Position numbers and translations under genes: made by a program. Of a DNA stretch of 64,000 bases, positions 1 through 11,900 are shown in pieces (within the stretch, counting starts at the first letter, position 1; each line of letters begins with the position of its first letter). The DNA is from Trichoplax adhaerens (Eukaryota > Animalia > Placozoa): contig NW_002060943.1 of assembly GCF_000150275.1 (NCBI RefSeq), positions 5,662,008 through 5,726,007 of the forward strand. Direction: 5' to 3'. Under the pieces are notes generated by a model. That model saw nothing but the letters and a program-made list of their open reading frames with translations. It was not told where the DNA came from and searched no databases.

Positions 1-358
1 TTCTACTACTATCAAATTAAATAGTAGATAGATATCAGATACATCATAACTATAGCGAATTTGCATATGGAAGGAGCTAGTGCAATGACTGAAATAGAGT
101 TGCTTTAACAATTAATTAAGTATAGCTGGAATGATGATTTAATGTCTGGATTGTAATTCAATGACAATCAAATTTATTACCGATACTTTAAGAAGTATAA
201 TACTTGCGGCTAATGTAAATTGATTAAATATTAAATGATCACTATGATATTACGAACTCGCGTATTTTTGCCTCAATTACAATTTATTATATTATTCGAT
301 TCCAGAGATTGCCAATAATATTAATTTTCCTTTACGATTACAAACGATTTCCAGTAAA

Positions 359-3300
359 CTATAAATTAAAGTAAATTTCCTTTGGAATTATAGATCCTTC
401 CATTACTTTAGATATGGGATCTTTAATTTGTTTAATCAGGACATCTCCCTCTTTACCTGCGTTATAGATGCAAAATAATCGGTAATTTTTGCCATACTGA
501 TGCATACTTAGCCATTCCTTTTGACTAATTTTACAAAAAAGATTTTTTTTCTTATAAGTAGTTTTAACCTCAATATACTTTGAACGATCATTTTTAATGA
601 TGTTAATATCAGCAGGAAAATTGCTTTCTTGGTCTTTATTAAACCAGATTATTTTAACTGATAGATCTTTACCTCGATGATCAACTCCTTTCATAACTAT
701 TGCTTCTCTATTGTTAGTTTTTTCTAGAGAACGAAATTTCTTTCGGTAGTAATCTTGAAAATACTTATACGCAAACTCTTCTCCCCATCGACCAGTCCAT
801 CGATTATAATTATTATTACTTTTAATTTTGTTTTTTTTAATTTCATTTTCGTAGGCAGTGTTTTCTAATCGAGATGCTTCAAAAAAATTTACAGTAGGAC
901 GATTAGATGACCAAGCAGATTTACTTGTCTCAGAGAAATTTGTTAAATTGATAGCTTGAATACACTGTTCTTTATCACTGGAATTTGCAAATAATGATGG
1001 AAAGTTTTCATCTTGCGTGTATTCTATCGCGTAGAAAGTAGCTTTGATCGCATCAGCGGGTTGACAATATTCTAAACACTTTTCGTCTTCAGATGAGCTT
1101 GACGATTTGGAGCTGTTCCTTTTACTAGCCTCACTCTGAATTGTCGTAGATTTTTTAACTTTTTTAAGCCTTTTACTTTCGGACTTGACATCGGTAATTT
1201 CATCGTCTAACGATGCTGATGTCAATACTGAGTGTAGATTAGATGGTGTAGATGAAAGATTTTGGGTCGCTTTTTCGCTAAGAATTGTATCGGCTTGATT
1301 TTCAGTATCATCACCTAGTAAACAATTCTCATCCATCATGTCCAAGGCAGCGATATTGTAATTTTGGTTTGTTAACCATCTAATGCGACTTTTATTGGAA
1401 TTAGTAATCACTAAAGTATTCAAAACATAATGATTAGCTTCCGATAGTTCTAAATATGCTGCAATGGCTTGTGCGATGTCATGTAAGTTATTGTTGTCAT
1501 CAAGATGATTTTCGTAAAAAAGTTGATTACTGGAAAGTGCCAGTTTATTTCTAGAAAGTATCGCTTCTACTTTGAAACTGATTTTTGAATTAGATTTAAC
1601 TAACAGAGCTAAACTTTCAACTGCTAATATATCTAGCTTATTTATCTTTTTAAGCCACTCTCGAAGCAACTGACACCGTCCACGATGACTAGGATTTATT
1701 TCAGTTATAGCAACCATTTTTAGTAAATTCTTAATCTCAGTCTTTATGATTGAATTATCTTCAGATTTATCATAAACTATTTCGTAATCATTTGCCTTTA
1801 ATTCTTTAACGCCAAAGTAACGGCAAATTATGAGCATATCTTCTTTTGTTAGAGCGGGGAAAGATTTTAGTAGATTTGGATGTCTTACGCTGCATAATTG
1901 TTTGTCAGGAATAAAATATAATGCATCAATAGATTGTAAGGATCCATCCGAAGCTAAAATTTTAGTATTTGACTGCCTTAATTCTTCGCACTGACTATCA
2001 TTCCAAGCTGACATAATCATCATTTTATAAAAGCTTTGGAACTGATCAAAGAGTTTTTGCGGTGATCCAGCTGCGATATCTTTTAACAGTTTGATGGCAT
2101 CTTGTGCGGTTAGTTTGCTACGCGCTCCTAGCCATTTCATCAATTCTTCAGATAGATTGATAGTTATATCGCCATAATTAGTTTGCATCTGTGGTAGGTA
2201 ATGTTTTAATTCTTGATCCAAATGCTTAACAAGTGACGGGTTATATAGATCTTTCATAGGATACAAGTTTCCATTAGTAGCTCGAACGCATGCAGCCTTA
2301 TTGAGCACAAATTGCAGGTAATGTATTGCTGAGTATTCATAGCTATTTTTATTGGATTTACTATAAATTTTAAAATGTTTTATTCCTTCAATGATTTCTT
2401 CTTGATGTTGAACTAACTGTTGAAAAAAGAATTTTGCGTAATTTTTAATCTCTAAACAAGCCATATAGGGTAAGTAGGCTATATGATAATGATAGAATTT
2501 ATGAAATTGAACAAGTTTTTGCTCTGTAAGATAATTTCGATATTCTTGAAATTGGTAAATATCGTTTCTTGTGCAGTATTCATCGAGTTGAGTGAATTTT
2601 CCACAGATGAATTTAATTTCTTCTTTAACGTGCAACAACAGCAACGTGGATTTGAGTTTGCTTGTATGAATAGATGCATCTAAGTAGGATTTATAGTCGA
2701 CAAATCCCACATCTTTTTGAATAATCTTTTCAAGATCGAAACGCGGGTCAAGATCGGATGGTAAATAACAATCTTTAGCTGCTTTGAGAGTACCTGATTT
2801 AGTTAGCAATGGTAATTCGTACAAATAGTACCATTTCCATTCATTCACGATTGTAAGATGGCACAATAATCGAACAATTTCTACTGATAGTTTGGGATTA
2901 CGAAGAAGTTGAATTTGTTGAGATCTCAGCCACTTTCTAATTGTTTCAAGTATGCTTTCATCCGATACTTTATCAATGCCTATTTTTTTTAACCATGTCA
3001 ATGCATTAGGTATTTCTAGTATTGTAGGATGAACAAGATTGAAGTTTAAAAATGACGGGTATTCTATTACTTTGTTACTTGCTGGTAGATAGATGATAGA
3101 ACTATCGACTAATTTATTGTTATCCGTCAGTAGATAAGATTTATTTTTCAATGCTTGTATGCCATCATCGGAATATAAGTAACGGTGTGATAAGTAGGCG
3201 TCAATTACAAATTTCAGAAACTTTTGATAGCGTGATATCTGCAATGTGGTTTGGGCATACTTTTCTATATTTTCTGCTAGTGTAATGAAAGTAAAATGGT

Positions 3301-4678
3301 TACTGGTAGGTAATTTACTTTGATTTTGCACAGTGCTGCTTGTAATCATTTTACGTTTCGTTAAATCAATACTTGGAAATGCCTCAAAGAATCCTAAATC
3401 GTCCGAAATAGCTTCGCCCCATTTCAGTAATTGCCACTGATTAATATGAGAAGGTATGAAGGCGATTTTTGCTAGTTCAATATCGATAGTACTACTGTAT
3501 ACGTCGGTAAATTGTTGCGATATAGTCCCTTTTAATCGGCGTGTTAAAAGTAATAAAACGTGATCACAATAATATTCATTTAGAGCAAATTCATGTAATA
3601 AAGCGATATGAAACTTAGCTATGCATCGAAACATATATTCATTCCATATATTAGTTAATAATTGTGTTCGATCTGCACTAAGTAAGAAGTCGCCATTGAC
3701 TAGAAACGGTAAACCGGAGTACATTTGTGTAGGTAGATAGCAAAATAGTACTGCTTTATGATGGGCTTTTAACGTTCCTTCTTCGCCGAATAGGAATGCA
3801 AATTTGAGATTAACTGATGTTGCTTGTTTAAGTTTAGTCGGACATTCTTGATCGGGTAGTCGCTGTAACTTTTGATGGATTTCGTTAGGAATTTGTTGTT
3901 CGTCGGATCGAATTAACCATTTACTCTTCAATGTATCGTTTACATATAATTCGTATTGATTAGACGTATCGAATAACTTTCTTAATTGAATAGAATCGAT
4001 ACGATTATGTTGACGAATTGTAATTTCTTGTATGTTACGTAAGAACAAGATAGTATTAGGTGTTTGCATCAGTATTTTAAGTGCGTTATATACCTTTTCA
4101 ACATTATTCACAGATCGAGTTTCGTCGACTAGTTGAAATAGGAAAGTAACATGTGACTTATTCAGTTCAAATACTTTCGGTAATTGATTTTGCTGTGTCC
4201 AAATAGGCGTAATTTGCCAAGGATAACGTCTAAATCTATCGCTATCGTTATTACGCCATTTTGCATAATCGCGATCAAATCGGAAACAATAATTTCTAGA
4301 TATAATATAGACACGATGCGATATTACAAATACAGACTTAAATCCGATTCCTTTAAAGCCAGTCTTGCTTAAATCGGTTTTCTTCCGTGTAAACTGTTGT
4401 TGTGCGTTATCACAAATAGCTTCGACATCTTGATAATCGAAATGTCTACCGGTATGAGAAAAGGCTAAGTATCGTTGATTGATTTGGAATGTAACATGTA
4501 TAGGTTGATTATCGATAGCAGCATCATCAGCGTTTTGTAGTAATTCTAGAGCGAATTTCTCGGGACTGTTAAAAACAGTTTGGATATCTTTGTCTAGAGT
4601 GTTAGCTAAGGTAGTAGAATTTTTATCATTTTTACCTCGCTCGTCAAATAATCGATCAATATGTTCTTTTTCATTCAT
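359..4678 (-). CDS. Sacsin-like GHKL (HATPase) N-terminal domain + C-terminal DUF3883/NO VEIN-C putative PD-(D/E)xK nuclease, 1439 aa, intronless
   Basis: Single ORF. The N-terminus has sacsin/NOV GHKL motifs: FALELLQNADDA, SHTGRHF..DVEAIC, TGFKGIGFKSVF, and LFCYLPT..SGLPFLVNGDFLLSADR. The C-terminus has the DUF3883 pattern GRWGEEFAY...WFN..QES..PADI...YIEVKTT...ISQKEW...YRL..IYNAG. A Ser/Lys-rich linker precedes it. Confidence 0.9.
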   Translation of the reverse strand: MNEKEHIDRLFDERGKNDKNSTTLANTLDKDIQTVFNSPEKFALELLQNADDAAIDNQPIHVTFQINQRYLAFSHTGRHFDYQDVEAICDNAQQQFTRKKTDLSKTGFKGIGFKSVFVISHRVYIISRNYCFRFDRDYAKWRNNDSDRFRRYPWQITPIWTQQNQLPKVFELNKSHVTFLFQLVDETRSVNNVEKVYNALKILMQTPNTILFLRNIQEITIRQHNRIDSIQLRKLFDTSNQYELYVNDTLKSKWLIRSDEQQIPNEIHQKLQRLPDQECPTKLKQATSVNLKFAFLFGEEGTLKAHHKAVLFCYLPTQMYSGLPFLVNGDFLLSADRTQLLTNIWNEYMFRCIAKFHIALLHEFALNEYYCDHVLLLLTRRLKGTISQQFTDVYSSTIDIELAKIAFIPSHINQWQLLKWGEAISDDLGFFEAFPSIDLTKRKMITSSTVQNQSKLPTSNHFTFITLAENIEKYAQTTLQISRYQKFLKFVIDAYLSHRYLYSDDGIQALKNKSYLLTDNNKLVDSSIIYLPASNKVIEYPSFLNFNLVHPTILEIPNALTWLKKIGIDKVSDESILETIRKWLRSQQIQLLRNPKLSVEIVRLLCHLTIVNEWKWYYLYELPLLTKSGTLKAAKDCYLPSDLDPRFDLEKIIQKDVGFVDYKSYLDASIHTSKLKSTLLLLHVKEEIKFICGKFTQLDEYCTRNDIYQFQEYRNYLTEQKLVQFHKFYHYHIAYLPYMACLEIKNYAKFFFQQLVQHQEEIIEGIKHFKIYSKSNKNSYEYSAIHYLQFVLNKAACVRATNGNLYPMKDLYNPSLVKHLDQELKHYLPQMQTNYGDITINLSEELMKWLGARSKLTAQDAIKLLKDIAAGSPQKLFDQFQSFYKMMIMSAWNDSQCEELRQSNTKILASDGSLQSIDALYFIPDKQLCSVRHPNLLKSFPALTKEDMLIICRYFGVKELKANDYEIVYDKSEDNSIIKTEIKNLLKMVAITEINPSHRGRCQLLREWLKKINKLDILAVESLALLVKSNSKISFKVEAILSRNKLALSSNQLFYENHLDDNNNLHDIAQAIAAYLELSEANHYVLNTLVITNSNKSRIRWLTNQNYNIAALDMMDENCLLGDDTENQADTILSEKATQNLSSTPSNLHSVLTSASLDDEITDVKSESKRLKKVKKSTTIQSEASKRNSSKSSSSSEDEKCLEYCQPADAIKATFYAIEYTQDENFPSLFANSSDKEQCIQAINLTNFSETSKSAWSSNRPTVNFFEASRLENTAYENEIKKNKIKSNNNYNRWTGRWGEEFAYKYFQDYYRKKFRSLEKTNNREAIVMKGVDHRGKDLSVKIIWFNKDQESNFPADINIIKNDRSKYIEVKTTYKKKNLFCKISQKEWLSMHQYGKNYRLFCIYNAGKEGDVLIKQIKDPISKVMEGSIIPKEIYFNL

Positions 4679-4821
4679 GATAACTTATCCTCCAAAGTTG
4701 ATTAAGCCTTGCAGTTTACACTAGTTCGAAAAATTGCTTGAAACTGTCGTATCGAAAATATCGAGGGATGATATTTCTACTTGAGTTCAGCTTTCTGCTA
4801 TCCTACAACGGTCTCAGCGGG

Positions 4822-4829
4822 TATTTATA
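4822..4829 (-). promoter_or_regulatory. Candidate TATA box (TATAAATA) for the sacsin-like gene
   Basis: The minus strand reads TATAAATA about 145 nt upstream of the ATG at 4678. The AT-rich background makes a chance match likely. Confidence 0.3.
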
Positions 4830-7800
4830 ATTGCGCAATCTCAAAACTTTTCTGTTAAAAATGCTGTCCTATCAATATTTTTTTTTATGCTGACGCGGAC
4901 ACTTTTATCATAACAATTGGAAAATGAGCATATGATTACGTGTTATTATTTAATGGATATTATTGAATGTATATTGTACAGTAATTAAATTGAAAGACGT
5001 AAACAGTTTGTAATGCTCACTACAAGCTGATGATGATCGTTGAAAACGGAATAAAATAATTAGCAACCCTAAATTATGTGAAAAGAGTAGCAAACTGAAT
5101 TTCATTGAGGTCATTCAAAAGCAACGCCTATAATTATATTTTAAGCATTAGCAGTAATTAACTATTGTTGATTGAAAAAAGACATGCTTCACAGTAGAAA
5201 CTGATTTAAAGTAACAATTTTCATCATCATAAAGGTAACGTGATCTGCTTTACAATCAGTAGATGACATAAGAATAAAAACTGCTTTGCCAACATTTTTT
5301 TATTTGTAAAATTGCATGCGTAGTTGCACGAACCAAATAGACAAGCAAGTTCATCACGAAAGGTAATAAAAATTTAAATAAATAAACTAAAGGAATAATT
5401 GTGGTAATTATCTGAAATATCTCTTTATAGATTAAGAAGTGAACAATATTTGTCTAGAAGATTACTGGTTACTGCTTAGTCCCTGCTGCGATATATTACA
5501 GTGTGTTACATCTTGATAGCATAATAATAACTTAACACGTACATTTAAGCCATTTAGGCTATTCGTCTACCATGTTCATGATATGGTTGTGATATGTTAA
5601 TACCATACTTGCTAAATTTAGTATGTTACGAATATACAATGCTTTCTTCTTACAGTAAATTGTTACTAATCTTATTTGGTTATGGCTACGATGAATACGA
5701 TAGCTTCTACATTCTACAATCTGTTCTATGCTAAAAAACTTACGTTGTATAAGTATGGAATTAATTACGATGTTTAATTACAATTTACACTTCTGCATGT
5801 TAGTGTGGATATTACAATATGCAATATTTACACTGTAAGTGCAGACGGCGCACGTATAAAAGCCGCTATATTTTCAATCAATAAATGAATTAGTGGTAAT
5901 AATTATAATTTATAGAGCTTTGCGTATTCTCAGTTCTTTGCGTCAGTGACTAATCTGGAGAAACCTGAATCTTACATACGGTTGATTGTATTGGCTCAAG
6001 TAGATACACAACACCGGCAATATAAAAATATTTTCTTATTTCTTCACCAATAGAAGATATCGACACTACAAGCTATTGTATTTAACATTAGAAATAGTGA
6101 GATGGAGCTAAAAAATTCCAATTAAAACTAGACTTAACGATCGCCAAACAGCCACAAAATCTCTATAAAATAGCCATAGGGCATTGATTCGTTACCGTAT
6201 AGCGAATGGTATAAGTTGAAAGGATATTTGGTTAAAGTTGAAATAAATGCATAGGTTAACAAGGTAATCAAGTTCACATTATTAAAATATTTTGTAAAAG
6301 GCTTAAATTGTTCTCAAGTCGTGAAATGAAGGGTAGAAATCTATAGTATTAATCGCTTTAGATACCTAGAGGCTTTCATTGCAAAAGTAGAGTCTGAAAA
6401 ATTATTTTACCTAATATGAGTTGACGTTTATCACAATTTTATTTAATTTAATTTGAACGAGTGATTTGCTACGATTCTTAAAATGCATTGGAATAGAACA
6501 AAATGAGCAAGCCCATTTATTTATGCTTACGTCAGAAATACAGATGTAAAAAATAGAATATTAAGTTACGACATGGTTACCATCTACAATCTGTCATATA
6601 AAAATAGAATTTATCGTTTGCTGGATCTTGCAATATCTTTGGTGCGTAACGCCTAGCTATTCTATGTAATAGAAATGATACTAGCAGACCTTTATCTGCT
6701 ATTATATTATCTAAAAGAAAATTAGTAATATTTAAATTAACCCATTAGAAAGTTTACTGCACTTATTTTCTATCTTCGTGATAATTCCTGTACTAGTATT
6801 GCGTCAAATCGATGGTTAAACTAGAAAGTCTTGTTATCGTTATGACCTTTTACTCTCTAATCTATTATTGGAAACAAAGTAAAATATGCTTGAATTATGC
6901 TGTAGTAAGCAGATATTCCAAAATTTAGTAAATATGTGAGAAATGTATACTACTAATGACATACAGACACAGAAATTGATTACTCAAGGCAATATTAAAT
7001 GTTTCTTGGTCTCCTGTTTATAAATCTATCCATCTACTTCCGCCTCTGTACCCAGATGTCTTGGACATGTATTGTATACGAATTTAAGATGTTTTACGAG
7101 TTCAATAATGGCATCTGTTAATAGTAACATATTGTAACTTATACGTATATACCTACAAAAATACATACATTTCAATGACGCACCCTTAGTTCTAACACAA
7201 TATTGATTTCTTTCTTATCGATATTATAAACAATTTCTTAATAAATGACATTTTAAATTCAGCATTGTGTCAAATTTTTGAGATATGGAAGATTTAAGTT
7301 GAGATAGGTTCCGTTAATATTGAAGGAATCTTGATATTTGCCATAAGATAACTTAGGCGTTAAATTTCAATTCATATTTTAATTTTTGCGTTATTATCTA
7401 AAACTCAACATGTCTAATATGCTACCAGCTTGTACTTACTGAATATATCATCAAATTTAGTGACATAAGGTGAACAATGATTAACAAACCGAACCCGAGA
7501 GAGTATACTGAGAATAGTGTAAACATATAATTTCTAGGCATCGGATCTAAATTAGTAATTGAGGGGTAGGTTATAAATAGAGTCATCTGCCACCATAGAT
7601 TGTTCTCCCAAATCATTTAAGTTAAAATTGAATTGTGGTGATAACGATTTCTAATTTAAGTAGCAATCCTAAGGATTGATTAAGCTATGTAGGCTATAAC
7701 GATATTTTACGTGAGTAATCTAAATTCATGCTGCATTATATTGCAAATCCAGTATTAAAAATATTTTCATTAGCGGACATGAAATATTATTTACTTCAAG

Positions 7801-8906
7801 TATATAATCTAGCAATGTATCGGACAAAATATTCAGAAACTGATATCAAAATATTATGCTTAGTAAAATTATTTGTAAGCGTATTCAATCAGTTTATATT
7901 TATTTCAGATACGGCATTAAGTATACAAAATTGTTAAGCCAGTCAAGATTGAAAAGTATAGTATGGAAACTGCAACAGTTTGCTATCACAGCTAGAAGTA
8001 ATCGTAGTACTGCCACATATCAGTAGGAAATGAGGATACGGAAGAGATGGAAAGCTACCATACTAAATATGGGCGGTACGTAGGATTAAGCCAATATTAG
8101 GTATGCAGCCTATTTGTGAATCATTATTGCCTCAATCGAAGATTTAAGCAGGATAAGCCCATATGCTAGCCTATGAATTTTAATAAATTGCATCGACAGA
8201 TAAATTCGCTATTAATAATTTTATTCTGCAATAGTATGTTCCAATGGCATTTGCTGAGGCATTTGGAATGTCAAACTAAGAAGAATATAATATAAGATAA
8301 TTACATATTCTACGTTAATCATAGATTTATGGTAGTATTTTAACTTAAGATTTGGCCCTCTAATCAGTTGTTTTATCGATTTAGAATACATGTTGGCTTA
8401 TTCTGCTAATATTACGACATTTACTATTTAGTATTTAAAGAAAGTAAATTGATATGCTTATCTGCGTACTATCTATTCTACTCTCGACCCAAGTGTATTA
8501 TTGAGCTAAAATATGGTTCCTGTGGCCCTATAAATAAATAAATATGGGTCTTGTTCAAATATAGAAATGTATGAAATGGAAGGAAAACACTTTAACTAGT
8601 GATAGTTATGTCGATATTTCACCAATTAAGAACTTGATGTTGCGTATTCATAATATTGATAATTTTAATTGTCAAACGGAAAATAAACATTGCTAAATAG
8701 TTATAACGATTCCTAATAACCACCATAAAGGCTATTACTTGGTAGATAGATTAACAAAAACACAAATATCGATTGAACATTCAATAAAATATCTACGAAA
8801 TAACTAAGCTTTATCATAATTCATTAGTGATATCTGAACTGCACGCCTTCCAATCACTACGAATAATAAATTAATATATTTTAAATGGTTTTTATTAAAT
8901 GTTGCG

Positions 8907-11900
8907 ATGATTAATCGAAATATCTGCTGGATTGGCTTTATGCTAACTTTTCTCTGGACAATAAACGCTATCGATATATCATCAGCTAAAAATTCATTTC
9001 AGCATGGTAAAATTCAAGTACTGTCTTGTCCTACTGGGTGCCAATGCCAATCTGGATTGCTACGGATAAAATGCTCATATTTATCACTACACCCAGGATT
9101 TCACCACCACATAGGAATATTTAAGAGCATGTAAGTTACGTTGATAATTTCTGGCAATGCTCATGAACCATTTACCGAATTAATGACAAGCAATAAATGT
9201 TTCAGTTAGCTTCTGTAGGTTTCATTCAAACCGGTTCTATAATAAACTGGAAAGTGAGCTTAGCTCCAATCCTCTCGCATTTGATAAAATATAGTGAAAT
9301 AATTAGCAATGAAGGAACTTCACATTAATTTTTTGAATAATGATGTGGAAATGGTGCATTTATGCTTTATTTATACTTTATTTTATATTTTATATTATTT
9401 ATGCTAAAATAAAGGTATTTGCTAGTGATCATTTTCAGATAACCGCCAGTAGATATCATAACGATTAAGTTATTCATAATGTAAATTTGTTACTGCAACA
9501 TGCAAGATTCAAGATTTATAGATTTGAAGAATATAGCAATTAAAGAAATTTGACATTACTTGATAAATAAATGGTTTTATGACAAGAAATTACTAATTTT
9601 GCAGCTTGGGCTTATTATCCTGGGATTTTAGTAGCCCATGATTTGGATTATATTGCTGGGGTACCTTACATGCAAGAAAATTACCATCATTAGACATTCA
9701 TGGAAAATAAAACATCTTATTAAAATACTAGCGGATTAAATATTAGATTGATTAATGTCGTTAAGTTCAATTCTAAAATATTTCTATCTATATTTTAATT
9801 TTACTTATAGAATAGTACCATAAATATAGCTTATCACGTACAGTTTCTATATCCGTAAAGATTTCTTAAATTCGGCAAGTATCTTGCCGAAAATTAGCGT
9901 TATTTAAAAACGAGGTAACTCAAATGAGTCTAACATACGAGGATAGTAACAATGTCTAGAGTATTGTAGGAAAGCTAGACTACGCTGAGGCCCGAGTTAA
10001 TAAGATATTAGATTAGCGGTGTTAGTGGCTGTCTATCAGGTGTAATAGGCCTAGCGGATTATTCGTGGATAATACTAAGGATGCTAGTCGTGCGGTTAAC
10101 GAATAAGTGGGACTGCATGGCGCCTTGATAGATGGTACCGGCACGTCTGAGTAGATGACGTATGATTGGCCCGAAATGAGGCATGACAATCATACGTAGC
10201 TTGGCGTCTTGTACTTGCAAGGCCCACATCATAGTATTAGTAGAGTGACTTCGTAATTGCGTTAGAAATTCTAAATAAGATTGTCGTTTAATCGGCATTA
10301 CTATAACTACAATGTAACGCACTTTAGTTTTATTATGCTATATGATATTTTATTCACATTTCGTAGCCAAATTAATGTTAGATAATATAGAAATCGATGC
10401 TCAAAACTATTTCTGGACGATATTCAATCTTGATTAAGGATAAAAGTATACGTATTTTTAATGTTTGTAGAGATAGCATATCAAATCGATTATATTATTG
10501 AGTAATTAAAATTGAAATTAAAGTAGAAACATTTTTATCAAATTTGATAACAAATTGTGACTGAAATGTAAAATATACTTTTTACCGCCATATAGGCTAT
10601 TATGAGACATAATATGATATAAAAATACTAATATAACTATCTCTTACTGAATAGACATATTCCAGATGTAAGGGAGTGCAATTGTGAAGTCTATAGCAGA
10701 CTTGCAAAATTAAACTTCTATGGGATATCGCTGCAAGGTAGCTGCAGACTGATGTCAACATCAAAGGAACTGCATTTGCAGGAATTTTTAAATTCCCATC
10801 GTACAAAATGTTCAAAATTAAGTAAGATTATATTAAAATATGATCTAAGCAAATAAAGATGTTACATAATTAGATTACTTCTTCTATCGCATTTTGAGTT
10901 ACTTAGCGCTTGGAAAATAATTTTGCTTGATGATATTTGTTGCTTCGTTTTGTTAGGAAAACGAAATTCATATCGAATTCGGATAGCGAAAAGTGGGAGT
11001 AAGCATGAAATCAAAGTTATATTATTAATATTACATTTAATAGTAATGAGTCTATATTTATGCTTCTTGCGTTCATAACGGCAAACGATACTGAAGGCTT
11101 TATATTTGTATCTACAACTGAAGGAATACAAAAATAATGCTATTAGAGTTGAGCTACGTCAAAACTTAATGCGCTTTAGTTATTATATAAATTGCAAAAG
11201 CTCTAGAATTAACATGTAGTCGTTCTTGAGAATTCAGTTATACACTGTACATACAAGTATTTTACGCTGTAAAGGGTTTTCTATCTTGTACCTATAATTG
11301 TAATATAGCATTATTATGAATTATCAAGAATGCTGGGATTAGTATTCTATTTAATTTAAAAGTGCAACCGTTCGTTGTAGATACGAGTAAATTACGCCTT
11401 ATGAATGGTGGCATAAGCTGTGGAAGACTTGAAGTTATGTATAATAACAAGTGGGCGACCGTTTGCAATCCGGGTGAGGCAGCTAGTAAACGTTGGAGTA
11501 TTCGAAATGCTGATGTTGCTTGTCGACAGCTAAATTTTCGAGGGAGGGCCTTTGTTTATGGTGCGCGTATTTCGATATTGCGTTTGAATCTCATCTACTT
11601 ACATTATTAAAGCTAAATTGATAACTTCCCGTTTAATATCAAATAATTACAATTGGAGCCATTTAATTAAATTGCTGTGACTTTTTAATTCTTTTCAAGA
11701 TGGATCGGCATTTGGACAGAGCAAAGAACCGATATGGCCTCGAGATCTACAATGTTCTGGTAATGAAACCGATTTATTGCAATGCCAGTATAGCAAGCTA
11801 CAATCGTCCTGTAGCCAGCAAAACAGTGTCGGCATTTGTTGTGGATATAACGAGAATCGAGGGTCACTAGCACCAGGTTCGATGACATCTAAAATTTTTA

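Noticed and set aside
7000-7620. Possible minus-strand exons (hydrophobic DPMPRNYMFTLFSVYSLGFGLLIIV..; DAIIELVKHLKFVYNTCPRH..*)
   Set aside because: Splice-like signals exist, but I could not build a phase-consistent model or recognise a family. They may be pseudogene debris or chance.
9219-9660. Candidate micro-exons in intron 1 of paralogue 1 (FHSNRFYNKLE; WAYYPGILVAHDLDYIAG)
   Set aside because: They are not LRR-like, and their phases do not connect back to the phase-2 LRRCT exon.
10102-10158. Imperfect mirror symmetry centred at 10131, and an FN2-like peptide (CLFTLTYRGTIYHG) when the complement is read without reversal
   Set aside because: The match is short and gapped, the frame has stops, and no accepted mechanism produces complement-only coding. 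Treated as chance.
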